NCBI GenBank assembly: GCA_964506185.1
Contig: CAZDKL010000004.1
Span: forward strand, 179-64,178
Source: an uncultured Candidatus Peribacteria bacterium
GTDB lineage: Bacteria; Patescibacteriota; Gracilibacteria; Peribacterales; Peribacteraceae
Reading direction: 5' to 3'
DNA length: 64,000 bases
In this document: positions 19,285-28,126 of the stretch, piece after piece
Layout: each line of letters starts with the position of its first letter
How positions within the stretch are numbered: the first letter of the stretch is position 1
Program-made: the position numbers and the translations under genes
The notes under the pieces: generated by a model
Seen by the model: only the letters and a program-made list of their open reading frames with translations
Told to the model about the DNA's origin: nothing
The model's database searches: none

Positions 19285-20484
19285 CTACTTACGCAAATCG
19301 CTCCTGTTAACGATGATCTGCTGCCCAATCGCAAACAAGGTCGACACTCCCCAATAAAGACTGACTGCTGCGGGGAATTGGAGTGCAAAGAATCCAATCA
19401 TAAATGGAAGTCCATACATCATTACTTTTTGCTGAGTCTCTTGCGCTGATGGCGGATCTTTCTTCCCTGACTTATCTTGCTTCTTCTTCGCTATAGCAAA
19501 ACTGAGTTTCATTTGCAGGAACTGTGCTACAACCAATAGTGGCGGCATAACAAGCTTGCTTGGTTCGACCAAATTTAGCCCAAGGAACTGCGTTCCAAAC
19601 GACCATGATAGATTTTGATGCAAGTCATAAAGAAGATGACTTGAAAGTTCCAGAACTGACCCGTCTCTGATGACAAAGAAGAGTCCAATCAAAACCGGGA
19701 ACTGAATTAAGATAGGCATGCATGACTGCATGGGGTTTACTTTGTTCTCTTTCCACAACCTCATTGTCTCCTGTTGCATTTTTTGCGGATCTCCTTTGTA
19801 TTTCCTCTTAATGGCATCAATCTGAGGCTGAACTGCCTGCAGTTTCTTTTGCCCCTCAAGACCGTGTTGAGTTGGTACAAACAAAATCAGTTTGACCAAG
19901 ATTGTTAGGATAATGATCGCAATTCCTAAGTTGTAACCCGGTGTCCAGGATGCAATAAGAACCAGAAGATTCAAAAGGGGTTTCGAAATGAATGCTCTGA
20001 AGGCTCGCGTCATAGGACCGGCTTCATGAATTTTAAAATCAACTGATAATGCTTCATCGTCCGCTGACTTAACATCTGCCAGCACAAGCTTGTATTCACC
20101 AAGCTCAGAGAATAACGAATACTTCCAGGAATCAAGTTCATAAATCTTCCTCTCTCCCGCCTTAATCTCTGTTAAAGCTTCACAAGGAAGTGCTATCTCT
20201 TCTGTAGTTTGAGCTTCATCACCTTTGAAGACATCAAATGGAGGCATCGGACATTTGTCCTCTAAGACTATAGTCTCCTCTGTTCCATTTTTGATAATTG
20301 CAATTGGATGATGCCCATTTTTAACTGTTGCATCCTGCATTGTAAGGACCACTCCAGTAGCTCCATTCTTTTCTCCTCCAAAATACTGTGGGAAAAAGAG
20401 TTTTAGGGAGAACTGGACCAGAAAATATAGGACCAGAAAGATAAGGAAAAACTCTATAAAATCACGCAGTTTGCTTTTAGCCAT
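19285..20484 (-). CDS. yidC: Membrane protein insertase YidC
   Basis: YidC/Oxa1 core: NLGIAIIILTILVKLILFVPT...KLQAVQPQIDAIKRKYKGDPQKMQQETMRLWKENKVNPMQSCMPILIQFPVLIGLF. It lies directly downstream of rnpA (shared base at 20484). Confidence 0.92.
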   Translation of the reverse strand: MAKSKLRDFIEFFLIFLVLYFLVQFSLKLFFPQYFGGEKNGATGVVLTMQDATVKNGHHPIAIIKNGTEETIVLEDKCPMPPFDVFKGDEAQTTEEIALPCEALTEIKAGERKIYELDSWKYSLFSELGEYKLVLADVKSADDEALSVDFKIHEAGPMTRAFRAFISKPLLNLLVLIASWTPGYNLGIAIIILTILVKLILFVPTQHGLEGQKKLQAVQPQIDAIKRKYKGDPQKMQQETMRLWKENKVNPMQSCMPILIQFPVLIGLFFVIRDGSVLELSSHLLYDLHQNLSWSFGTQFLGLNLVEPSKLVMPPLLVVAQFLQMKLSFAIAKKKQDKSGKKDPPSAQETQQKVMMYGLPFMIGFFALQFPAAVSLYWGVSTLFAIGQQIIVNRSDLRK

Positions 20485-20948
20485 TAGGAAACAGAGGAAA
20501 GAAATTCTTGGACATCAGAAACGATCTCCGCAAAGTCGCACGTTAGACTACTGCGTCTGGGCATAAGTAACAACTGCATTGTTGGCAGTGCTGACTTTTC
20601 TTTTGTTTCACGCCTGAGAGCCTCTCTGCATCTTCGCCTCATTCGATTTCTCTTAACTGCAGATTTCTCTGTCTTAGCTGACGTTAGAGTACCAACAAAC
20701 AATCCTGTCCCTCCTGAGCTTGTCGTACTTCGACTTTGCTCAGTACGACCCAATGATCCATTGTTGCGTGAATTGCTACGAGACCCTGAGTCTGTCGAAT
20801 GGGTCGAAGGATGTGCCATTGTATTAACACGCTGATTTCGGGGGGCTCCACCCTCATATCTGACTACCAAATGCTTCCCCTTCCACACCTTTCCCTCCCT
20901 AAGCAATCGCTCGGAAGTCTTTCTGCCTTTAAGACGAGATAGTTTCAT
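20484..20948 (-). CDS. rnpA: Ribonuclease P protein component, with a Ser/Thr/Asn-rich internal insertion
   Basis: MKLSRLKGRKTSERLLREGKVWKGKHLVV plus KSAVKRNRMRRRCREALRRE (the RnpA RNR motif), and conserved rnpA-yidC synteny. The start is trimmed to ATG 20948 to avoid overlapping gatC. Confidence 0.75.
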   Translation of the reverse strand: MKLSRLKGRKTSERLLREGKVWKGKHLVVRYEGGAPRNQRVNTMAHPSTHSTDSGSRSNSRNNGSLGRTEQSRSTTSSGGTGLFVGTLTSAKTEKSAVKRNRMRRRCREALRRETKEKSALPTMQLLLMPRRSSLTCDFAEIVSDVQEFLSSVS

Positions 20949-20985
20949 GCTTCTATTGTACCAGCTTACTTGGTATCCTTTATCC

Positions 20986-21279
20986 ATGGCTCTTACAAAA
21001 GATGAAGTTCGGCATATTGCGAAGCTCGCACGTCTAAATCTTTCCGACAAAGAGGTAGAGAAGTTCACGAAAGAGCTCTCTTCAATCTTAGAGTATGTAG
21101 ATCAGCTTAAAGAGGTTGATACAAAGGACGTTATTCCAACTGCACAAGTAACAGGTCTTCATAACTCATTCAGAGCTGACGAGGTAAAGCCATCACAAGC
21201 GAACGCCGATGCATTATTGGAGACTAGCCCTTTGCCTAAAGTAGAACATCAGATCGAAACACCTTCTGCACATGGATAA
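20986..21279 (+). CDS. gatC: Asp/Glu-tRNA amidotransferase subunit C
   Basis: MALTKDEVRHIAKLARLNLSDKEVEKFTKELSSILEYVDQLKEVDT..V.PTAQV is the classic GatC sequence. Confidence 0.92.
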   Translation: MALTKDEVRHIAKLARLNLSDKEVEKFTKELSSILEYVDQLKEVDTKDVIPTAQVTGLHNSFRADEVKPSQANADALLETSPLPKVEHQIETPSAHG

Positions 21280-21324
21280 TTTGATCTAATTTTTAATACT
21301 ACTTCTAGCCCTAACCCTAGCCCT

Positions 21325-22773
21325 ATCCCTCATAGTCTCACCATTGCACAGGCACACAAGAAACTTAAAAACAAAGAGCTTTCATCAGAGGAGCTAACGC
21401 GTGCGTGCATAGATCGAATTGAAAAGGTTGATGATAAGTTGAATGCAGTAATATATAAGAATTTCGACCGAGCCCTAGAAGATGCCAAAAAGATTGATAA
21501 GGAAGGAAAGTTTAATCATCCACTTACTGGAATTCCATATCTTGCCAAAGATCTTTATTGTGAAAACGGAGTTCCTACTACAGGAAGCAGTAATGTTTTG
21601 AGGGAAAAGAATTACATTCCTCCATTTGACTCAACTGTTATATCAAAATTGAAATCGGTTGGAGCTATAAGTATAGGCAAAGCTAACTGCGATCAGTTTG
21701 CACAAGGAAGTAGCAATGAAACCTCATGTTATGGACCCGCATTAAATCCATGGAATACCGATTACGTTCCCGGAGGAACATCAGGAGGTTCAGCAGCTGC
21801 AACTTCTGCCGATGAATGTATCTTTGCAATTGGGACAGACACAGGGGGTTCTATCAGACAGCCGGCGTCTTTCTGCGGATGCGCCGGTATTAAGCCCTCG
21901 TATGGAAGAGTAAGCCGTTATGGAGTAATGGCTATGACAAGCTCATTGGATACAATGGGGGTCTGCACGAAAACCGTTGAGGATGCAGCAATATACCTTG
22001 GAACCGTTGCAGGAAAAGATGCCTTTGATGCAACAACTTCAGATACAGAAGTGCCCGACTATACGAAAGCCCTGACCGGAGATGTAAAAGGCATGACATT
22101 TGGTCTTCCCAAAGAATATTTCATTGATGGAATGGATCCTGAGGTTGAGGCATCAATTCGCGAGGCAGCTGAGACAATGGAAAGTCTTGGAGCAAAGATC
22201 AAAGAGGTTTCGCTACCCTATACCAAATACGCGGTAGCCACTTATTACATAATCTGTCCGTCGGAAGTCAGTTCAAACATGGCACGATACGACGGGATTA
22301 GATATGGACACACGGAAGATGCCAAAGATCTTATTGAGTATTACTTCAATGTGAGATCGGAAGGCTTTGGTGATGAAGTTAAGAGGAGAATAATGATTGG
22401 AACCTATGCCCTCTCGGCAGGATATTATGATGCTTACTACAGGCAAGCTCAAAAAGTAAGAACTCTTATTAAAGATGACTTCGCTAAAGCATTTGAAGAA
22501 GTCGATGCCCTGCTTACTCCAACTTCCCCATTCCCTGCATTCAAAGTGAGAGAAAAAATGGATGATCCGGTGCAAATGTATCTGGCTGATGTCTTTACGG
22601 TCCCGGCATCAATGGCGGGAATCTGCGGCCTCAATGTTACATGCGGATTTACAAAATCTAAGTTGCCTATAGGTCTTCAAATACTCGGACCGCAATGGGG
22701 AGAGGAAGTTGTATTTAGAGCAGGTGATGCATTTGAAAAAGCAGTGAAGCTAAGCGAAAAACCAAGCTTGTAA
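21325..22773 (+). CDS. gatA: Asp/Glu-tRNA amidotransferase subunit A (start codon uncertain)
   Basis: Amidase signature GGTSGGSAAATSADECIFAIGTDTGGSIRQPASFCG. A conserved GatA N-terminus (LTIAQAHKKLKNKELSSEELTRACIDRIEKVDDKLNAVI) is encoded in frame from 21337, upstream of the first canonical start (TTG 21439). Only ATC 21325 and ATT 21343 are available after the in-frame TAG at 21307. Confidence 0.9.
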   Translation: MPHSLTIAQAHKKLKNKELSSEELTRACIDRIEKVDDKLNAVIYKNFDRALEDAKKIDKEGKFNHPLTGIPYLAKDLYCENGVPTTGSSNVLREKNYIPPFDSTVISKLKSVGAISIGKANCDQFAQGSSNETSCYGPALNPWNTDYVPGGTSGGSAAATSADECIFAIGTDTGGSIRQPASFCGCAGIKPSYGRVSRYGVMAMTSSLDTMGVCTKTVEDAAIYLGTVAGKDAFDATTSDTEVPDYTKALTGDVKGMTFGLPKEYFIDGMDPEVEASIREAAETMESLGAKIKEVSLPYTKYAVATYYIICPSEVSSNMARYDGIRYGHTEDAKDLIEYYFNVRSEGFGDEVKRRIMIGTYALSAGYYDAYYRQAQKVRTLIKDDFAKAFEEVDALLTPTSPFPAFKVREKMDDPVQMYLADVFTVPASMAGICGLNVTCGFTKSKLPIGLQILGPQWGEEVVFRAGDAFEKAVKLSEKPSL

Positions 22774-22774
22774 A

Positions 22775-23404
22775 CTATACAACAATCTCGGCAGATTCAA
22801 TTGCAGCAACGCGATTGGTTCTTATTACCCGAACATTAAACGCAGCATCCAAAACTTCATCAAGCTCTCCATTCAAGAATGTTCCGGTCAACATTTCTCT
22901 TGCTCTTTCCCTGAGAGCTTGAACTCCGAGCACATTTGGAAGTTCAACTGCTCTTCTTAGACAAGCAACAATTTCTGCTTTCATATTGTTTTGCAAACTA
23001 CTTACACTCGATCTGCTTAGAAGCATGTCCCTGCAAAATTCCCTGAACCATGCGTACCTCCTCATCATCAATGAATCTTTTATTTGATAACCACAAGAAG
23101 GAAGAAACCCATGCTTTGCATAAGGATTTCCATCTCCATAATCTGCCAGCAGTAATCGATAGTCATCCAAGCACTGCCTAACGTCCGCCAAAGGATCCGC
23201 CAAAGCATCGTGATCACCATCTTGTTCTGCTCCCACAAGCGGAGGCTCTGCATCTAATGATTCTCCCGGCTTTGGCGCCCTGATAATCATTTGAGTTAAT
23301 CCTATCCTCCGTATAATTAAGTGATACTTGGTAAGGAAGAGAAGCCATATCCAACCACTTTCTTGGCTTAAATTAGCTCTAAACAGGGTGTTGACGATAT
23401 CCAA
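22775..23404 (-). CDS. Hypothetical protein
   Basis: Long ORF convergent with gatA. No family was recognised. Confidence 0.5.
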   Translation of the reverse strand: MDIVNTLFRANLSQESGWIWLLFLTKYHLIIRRIGLTQMIIRAPKPGESLDAEPPLVGAEQDGDHDALADPLADVRQCLDDYRLLLADYGDGNPYAKHGFLPSCGYQIKDSLMMRRYAWFREFCRDMLLSRSSVSSLQNNMKAEIVACLRRAVELPNVLGVQALRERAREMLTGTFLNGELDEVLDAAFNVRVIRTNRVAAIESAEIVV

Positions 23405-23419
23405 TGTTTAATATTCCTT

Positions 23420-25165
23420 TCATGTTTTATGCCGCTTTTTCCTTACATTTAGACCCAAAATTGCCAAAGCACAAATCAAAGAAATCAGGCTGATCCAGTT
23501 ACCTGCCCTCTGCCACATTGGAATCTTCCACATCGTTTTTTGGCCGCCGAGGAATTGCCTGGCATTCTCACCATCTTCAGCAAGTATGCGATCCCCCGGC
23601 TGACAATTATTAGCCTGAGGATATTGAAGGCATGCAGGATTGTAGATGTTGAACTTACCATCAGCCTGAACTGCAGGTGCGCCTCCTGTTATCGGATTGT
23701 TTTTGAAAATATCCGTTTGCCAGAAAAGTGACTCGTAACAATGTATGTGATTGCTTCCGGAAAAGATCGGAATCAGTTCTTCCAGTCCGCCTTTAAGCAT
23801 AAGCATTTGCGCAACGTCTTTATCTTTAAAGTCTTGGTACTGAGCCGCAAGTTCGCGATGAGTTGCAACCGGCATCACGCGTGGAAGTTCATTTGTCTTC
23901 ATTAACGGATAGTAAGCGATCGCAAATGCAATAATTGTAATTACACCGGCGCTTATTGAAATTAATAGCTCATTTTTTCTGACACTCGCCCATTGCATTA
24001 ACGCATAAACTCCAACTGCAGTCAGCGCAAACGAAAATGGATAAAGGAATCTCGTATTTATGTGAAGCGACTCAAATATTGGCAAGTTTTCAAGCGGAGT
24101 TACCAGTATTCCATATCCGCGTGCAAGTTGCGCGAAGAATATAACGATTAACAATGTGATAACTGCAATCAGAACTGACTTTGCAACCCGAGATTTGAAC
24201 TTATTCTTATTTTTCCAAAGCAAACTGAGCCCAACTACAACTCCAACCAAGACAATTGGAGAAAGATAAAGGCTGTATTCATGCGTTGCCCTGCCCGGCA
24301 TTCCAATGAAGCTAAAGAGCTCAGGCACCTGAGGAATCGCCCAGAATGCCTTAGCCATATACTCGAAAGGACAGCCGTCTGCAAACCTCTCAAACGGCTT
24401 CGCGCGTGGTATAAACCTCATGAAGCTCCATACGGCTGTTAGTTTGCTTAAGTTGATGAGGAGCGCCCCCAGTCCGCATGTTGCTGACCTTGCAATGAGT
24501 ATCTTTAATCGACTCTTTGATGAATTAAGTGTCAATTCAAACGGCAAGAAGATTACAAATGCCGCAATCGCCATCAACGCGACTACGTACCCACCGCTGT
24601 ACATAATGAATGCGGAGACTAATGCGAAGATTGAAGCCTTGGTAACCAAAGACCTGACTGAGCATTTTCTGCGGTCAAACAAAAGCCAAAGCAGAAGCCC
24701 GATCAAAGGCATTCCAAAAAATACTAAGTGCCCCGCTACCATGTGCATCAAATAAAATCCTTGTGCGAGAATTATCAATGCAAAAACATGCGACCATTGC
24801 TTGTTTAGTCTAACGATATCGCGTCCAAACAAGTACCATCCGAAATATCCGACTGACATTGCGATAATCATGCTAAGTTGCGATGCTCTCCAAAGATCCA
24901 TGCCAGCAATCGTAAGGAACTGAGGTAATGAGTAGAACATGTCTTGTGGATTTCCAAACTGCGGAACTCCTCCGCAAAAGTGCGGAGTGAAGTAGAAGAT
25001 GCCAAGCCCCTGACGGGCAAAGTGCCACTGTCCGGCATGAAGACGTGCGAAGAAATACACAAGGTCATGGCCCAAAATTCCGTTGAAGTTGAGGAACCAG
25101 AAGAAAACGCCAAGAAATAGGGCGAATATTGCAAGAAAGCTTAAATGGAGCTTTCGGGTGGTCAT
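23420..25165 (-). CDS. Polytopic integral membrane protein (possible GT-C-like glycosyltransferase)
   Basis: More than 10 predicted hydrophobic helices and a soluble C-terminal part. The functional label is based only on architecture. Confidence 0.6.
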   Translation of the reverse strand: MTTRKLHLSFLAIFALFLGVFFWFLNFNGILGHDLVYFFARLHAGQWHFARQGLGIFYFTPHFCGGVPQFGNPQDMFYSLPQFLTIAGMDLWRASQLSMIIAMSVGYFGWYLFGRDIVRLNKQWSHVFALIILAQGFYLMHMVAGHLVFFGMPLIGLLLWLLFDRRKCSVRSLVTKASIFALVSAFIMYSGGYVVALMAIAAFVIFLPFELTLNSSKSRLKILIARSATCGLGALLINLSKLTAVWSFMRFIPRAKPFERFADGCPFEYMAKAFWAIPQVPELFSFIGMPGRATHEYSLYLSPIVLVGVVVGLSLLWKNKNKFKSRVAKSVLIAVITLLIVIFFAQLARGYGILVTPLENLPIFESLHINTRFLYPFSFALTAVGVYALMQWASVRKNELLISISAGVITIIAFAIAYYPLMKTNELPRVMPVATHRELAAQYQDFKDKDVAQMLMLKGGLEELIPIFSGSNHIHCYESLFWQTDIFKNNPITGGAPAVQADGKFNIYNPACLQYPQANNCQPGDRILAEDGENARQFLGGQKTMWKIPMWQRAGNWISLISLICALAILGLNVRKKRHKT

Positions 25166-25192
25166 TGAGGATAGGATAGCAGGTTTTAATAA

Positions 25193-26296
25193 TTGACACT
25201 CTTGGTTATTCCAGTAAAGATGGTTGCCATTTTTATGAATTGCCAGGAATCAGATTCGGCCAGCCCGATTCGTAACAGAGCATATTTGGAGTTCTCAGGA
25301 GAGGTTGAAATTCTTACAGATAATAAGATACTTTTTCAAACTCCAAATAGTGGAAATAATCTCCAGGAATTGACCTCATTTGGAAATAGTGAATTTGAAT
25401 TCTTGAAACCACACATTCGTAGGGAAGATAGCGAAAAAGCTTCGAGATTATTTCAAATAGCCCAAGAACAAAGAACGGAATTGAATGCCTTACTGACAGA
25501 AACAGATGAAATGTGGATATTTTTAAACTCAAATGGTGGCGAACTTCTTGCCGAATCAAACACTGCTCCGATTGCAGTAAAAATGCAGATGGAAGAAAAA
25601 CCTTTGCACATCTGCACAAATTTTGCAGGCAGCACAGCCGCAGAAGTTATTCTAAGAAACAGAAGAGCTTTGTTGCATTGTCTGCCAGAATCAATTCTGA
25701 TATGGCATTGCGGCTCTGTAATAACAGAGCGTTGTGATCCAGAAGAATTAGAGAAAGTTTTAAATATGCAAAGCCTTAATAATTTGATGAGCTTTCTTTT
25801 TGCTCGCTTAAAACGTAATGAGGATATTACCAGTTTAGCACAGGCAATCATCGATCTTGGGCTCCTAGTAGGAGTATCCACCATGGAAGATTTTAAAATG
25901 TTTTTAAAAGAATATGCATCTATTAACTTTGATGCAGTAGACTCAATACTGGCATGCAATATCGATTTAAATGTAGATGATGACTATAGAATTAGAGGAA
26001 GTACGTTGCATGAAATCCACAACCTAACTGAGATGTATGACTCTACAGAATCTATGGCGCAAATGTTTGAGGGATACACAGGCAATAAAGTTACCATCGG
26101 TGATATGAGTACTCCTTGGAGCAGATTTTTCTCATTTATGAGAGCAACTGAATTAGCCAGAGAAAGAGGAGTATCTGATGTTTTATTTGTTGAAGCAGAA
26201 GAGGGAGAGATTCGTTGTGGTACACAAGAAGGATTGAGTGATGATGAAGCTAAAATATGCAAAGCCATAAAACATGAAGTATTTTTAGTTTCATAA
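25193..26296 (+). CDS. Hypothetical protein
   Basis: 367-aa ORF. No motif was recognised. Confidence 0.55.
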   Translation: MTLLVIPVKMVAIFMNCQESDSASPIRNRAYLEFSGEVEILTDNKILFQTPNSGNNLQELTSFGNSEFEFLKPHIRREDSEKASRLFQIAQEQRTELNALLTETDEMWIFLNSNGGELLAESNTAPIAVKMQMEEKPLHICTNFAGSTAAEVILRNRRALLHCLPESILIWHCGSVITERCDPEELEKVLNMQSLNNLMSFLFARLKRNEDITSLAQAIIDLGLLVGVSTMEDFKMFLKEYASINFDAVDSILACNIDLNVDDDYRIRGSTLHEIHNLTEMYDSTESMAQMFEGYTGNKVTIGDMSTPWSRFFSFMRATELARERGVSDVLFVEAEEGEIRCGTQEGLSDDEAKICKAIKHEVFLVS

Positions 26297-26492
26297 CGAA
26301 TTAATCCCACGACTAACACGAATAAGACAATCCGCGAAGCGGAAACTTGTTTTCGCTGGAGCGGCTCTTTTGAGGGAGGGGGTACTGGGGGAACCGTAGG
26401 TTCCCTCAGAATTCTGGCGGTGTTGAGGAGACAATCTTAGAACTTTTAAATGTAAATGTATTATCTGGTAGCCTATTTACTATATGAGGTTA

Positions 26493-26516
26493 TTGATCAA
26501 TAAACTGATGTATAAT
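26493..26516 (+). promoter_or_regulatory. Candidate sigma70-type promoter for the GHKL/STAS operon
   Basis: A perfect TATAAT (26511-26516) lies ~17-23 nt upstream of the TTG/ATG starts. The -35 candidates (TTGATC 26493, TTATTG 26490) have non-optimal 12/15-nt spacers. Confidence 0.3.
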
Positions 26517-26532
26517 CATTACATTATTCCTG

Positions 26533-27420
26533 TTGCTCATGACAATTGCGACTCAGATTGTTGTTAAATCAAGTTATAGCACCCTATCCCGATTTAAAGA
26601 ATTAGTAAGAAACATTTCATTTTTAGAATCTCTTGAGGATGGGGCAGAATTTGGAGTTAATGTTGAATATGCGACTCCATTACCTTTGTTGCCACTAGTA
26701 CCAATAATTAATAGAAAAAAATTAAAATGCACTGATGGCTTAAGTTCATATCTTAAAACTATTAGTTTTCCCGAAGGGAAAGAAGGGATAGAAAATATAT
26801 GTAAGGGGACATATATACCTGTATACCATTTATCTCTGGAGAATCTGTGTACGCCCGATGAACAAAGCAAAAAATTAGATTTGCTACATGAAGGTTACTT
26901 AACACTACTTCGCAACAACATTATTGAAGATGATAAATTTGCAAAATTTGTGACCAAGAGTAGCTTTGGAGTGCTACTGGGAGAACTAATTGCAAACATC
27001 GATGAGCATTCTTTGTCTAACAATGTATATATCTATTCTCAATACTGGAAGCAGAATGATACTTGCGAGATATGTCTTATGGACGATGGTCAAGGATTGC
27101 TTGGTTCATTGCAAGCTGCAGGTAGAGATGTAGTTAACTCTGAAGATGCAATTCAAAAAATAATTGAACAAGGGTTATCTGCGAAAGACGAATTTGGGGA
27201 TTCAAAAAGAGGGACAGGACTGAGAATGACCAGAACTGCTATTACAAGCAAGGTAGTCAAGGGAGAGTTTTTAATAGCATCTGGCAATGCAGCCTATCTT
27301 GAAACTCAAACTAGCTCAGGAATACCAATAGATTTGTCAATGGCATCAATACATGGCACAGTAATTATGTTAAAGTTTCAGAGACCACGTGCTACAATTA
27401 ATATCTATGACTATGTATAG
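26533..27420 (+). CDS. GHKL-superfamily (histidine-kinase-like) ATPase, SpoIIAB-like
   Basis: N-box LLGELIANIDEHS, G1 box CLMDDGQGL and G2 box KRGTGLRMT. The N-terminal ~140 aa are unassigned. Confidence 0.7.
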   Translation: MLMTIATQIVVKSSYSTLSRFKELVRNISFLESLEDGAEFGVNVEYATPLPLLPLVPIINRKKLKCTDGLSSYLKTISFPEGKEGIENICKGTYIPVYHLSLENLCTPDEQSKKLDLLHEGYLTLLRNNIIEDDKFAKFVTKSSFGVLLGELIANIDEHSLSNNVYIYSQYWKQNDTCEICLMDDGQGLLGSLQAAGRDVVNSEDAIQKIIEQGLSAKDEFGDSKRGTGLRMTRTAITSKVVKGEFLIASGNAAYLETQTSSGIPIDLSMASIHGTVIMLKFQRPRATINIYDYV

Positions 27421-27730
27421 AATCACACTGCCACTATCGGATGTATTTGATTCTTCAAGTCTTGTTACTAGAAGTGCTGCGAGCATCTTGATCAAAAAAA
27501 TAGAAGAGTTAAATGTTAAAGAAGTAACTTTGGATTTTAGTGAAATTAATCATACATCTAGATCATTTTTTGATGAGCTTGTTAGTAAAACTAAATGTCT
27601 GAAGAATCAGAAAATATTGTTTAAGAATCTCAGTCGTGATTTAGAGAGCTTGTATCATTTTGTAGACAATTATCAGTGCAATTCATCTAGGTTTAAAAAG
27701 ATAGATAAATCAAAAAAAGTAGTTATTTAA
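27407..27730 (+). CDS. STAS-like small protein (resembles DUF4325)
   Basis: ITLPLSDVFDSSSLVTRSAASILIKKIEELNVKEVTLDFSEINHTSRSFFDELV follows the STAS-like DUF4325 pattern (recalled from memory). Its start overlaps the stop codon of the ATPase gene. Confidence 0.6.
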   Translation: MTMYRITLPLSDVFDSSSLVTRSAASILIKKIEELNVKEVTLDFSEINHTSRSFFDELVSKTKCLKNQKILFKNLSRDLESLYHFVDNYQCNSSRFKKIDKSKKVVI

Positions 27731-27740
27731 TTTCTTAATC

Positions 27741-27932
27741 ATGGGTTGGCTGTTTACAGTATTGGGATATATAGCTCTTGGAGCGTTTATTGATATGTTT
27801 ATAACCAGTGATACTTACACGAAAGGGACAGGTGAAGTTCATTTTTTGAAAAAAGATGAGAGAAAGAATGTACGAATGTGGTTTTGGATAATATGGATAG
27901 GTTTTCCTATTGGGTTTGCACTACTGGTGTGA
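27741..27932 (+). CDS. Small two-helix membrane protein
   Basis: Two hydrophobic helices (WLFTVLGYIALGAFIDMFI; MWFWIIWIGFPIGFALLV). Confidence 0.45.
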   Translation: MGWLFTVLGYIALGAFIDMFITSDTYTKGTGEVHFLKKDERKNVRMWFWIIWIGFPIGFALLV

Positions 27933-28109
27933 ATGTTCCTCAGCTTTTGATTTAGCCACAATGGCAAATAGTGTAAGCATGGTCTCCCCATACTCCCTGG
28001 CCATCTCTGGAGTTAATTCCTCGCCCATTTCCTGTTTCCACAGTCCTTGGAATGCCTTGATGTCATCGTCAGTTAAAGTCATAAATGCATTGAGAAGAAG
28101 ACTATACAT
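27921..28109 (-). CDS. Small hypothetical helical protein
   Basis: 62-aa ORF with protein-like composition (TDDDIKAFQGLWKQEMGEELTPEMAREYGE). Confidence 0.4.
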   Translation of the reverse strand: MYSLLLNAFMTLTDDDIKAFQGLWKQEMGEELTPEMAREYGETMLTLFAIVAKSKAEEHSHQ

Positions 28110-28126
28110 TAATACAATATCTCCCT

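Noticed and set aside
20949-21068. Upstream extensions of rnpA (to 21068) and gatC (from 20947) that would overlap each other on opposite strands
   Set aside because: The conserved protein N-termini begin at ATG 20948 (rnpA) and ATG 20986 (gatC). The extensions have no homology-like sequence.
26370-26410. The G-rich motif agggggta(c/t)..ggg, shared by 26376-26392, 32223-32232 and 63479-63494, as possible distal att sites of the elements
   Set aside because: The motif has the same orientation in two elements that are mirror-imaged relative to their integrases. It is also short and low-complexity, so the evidence is insufficient.
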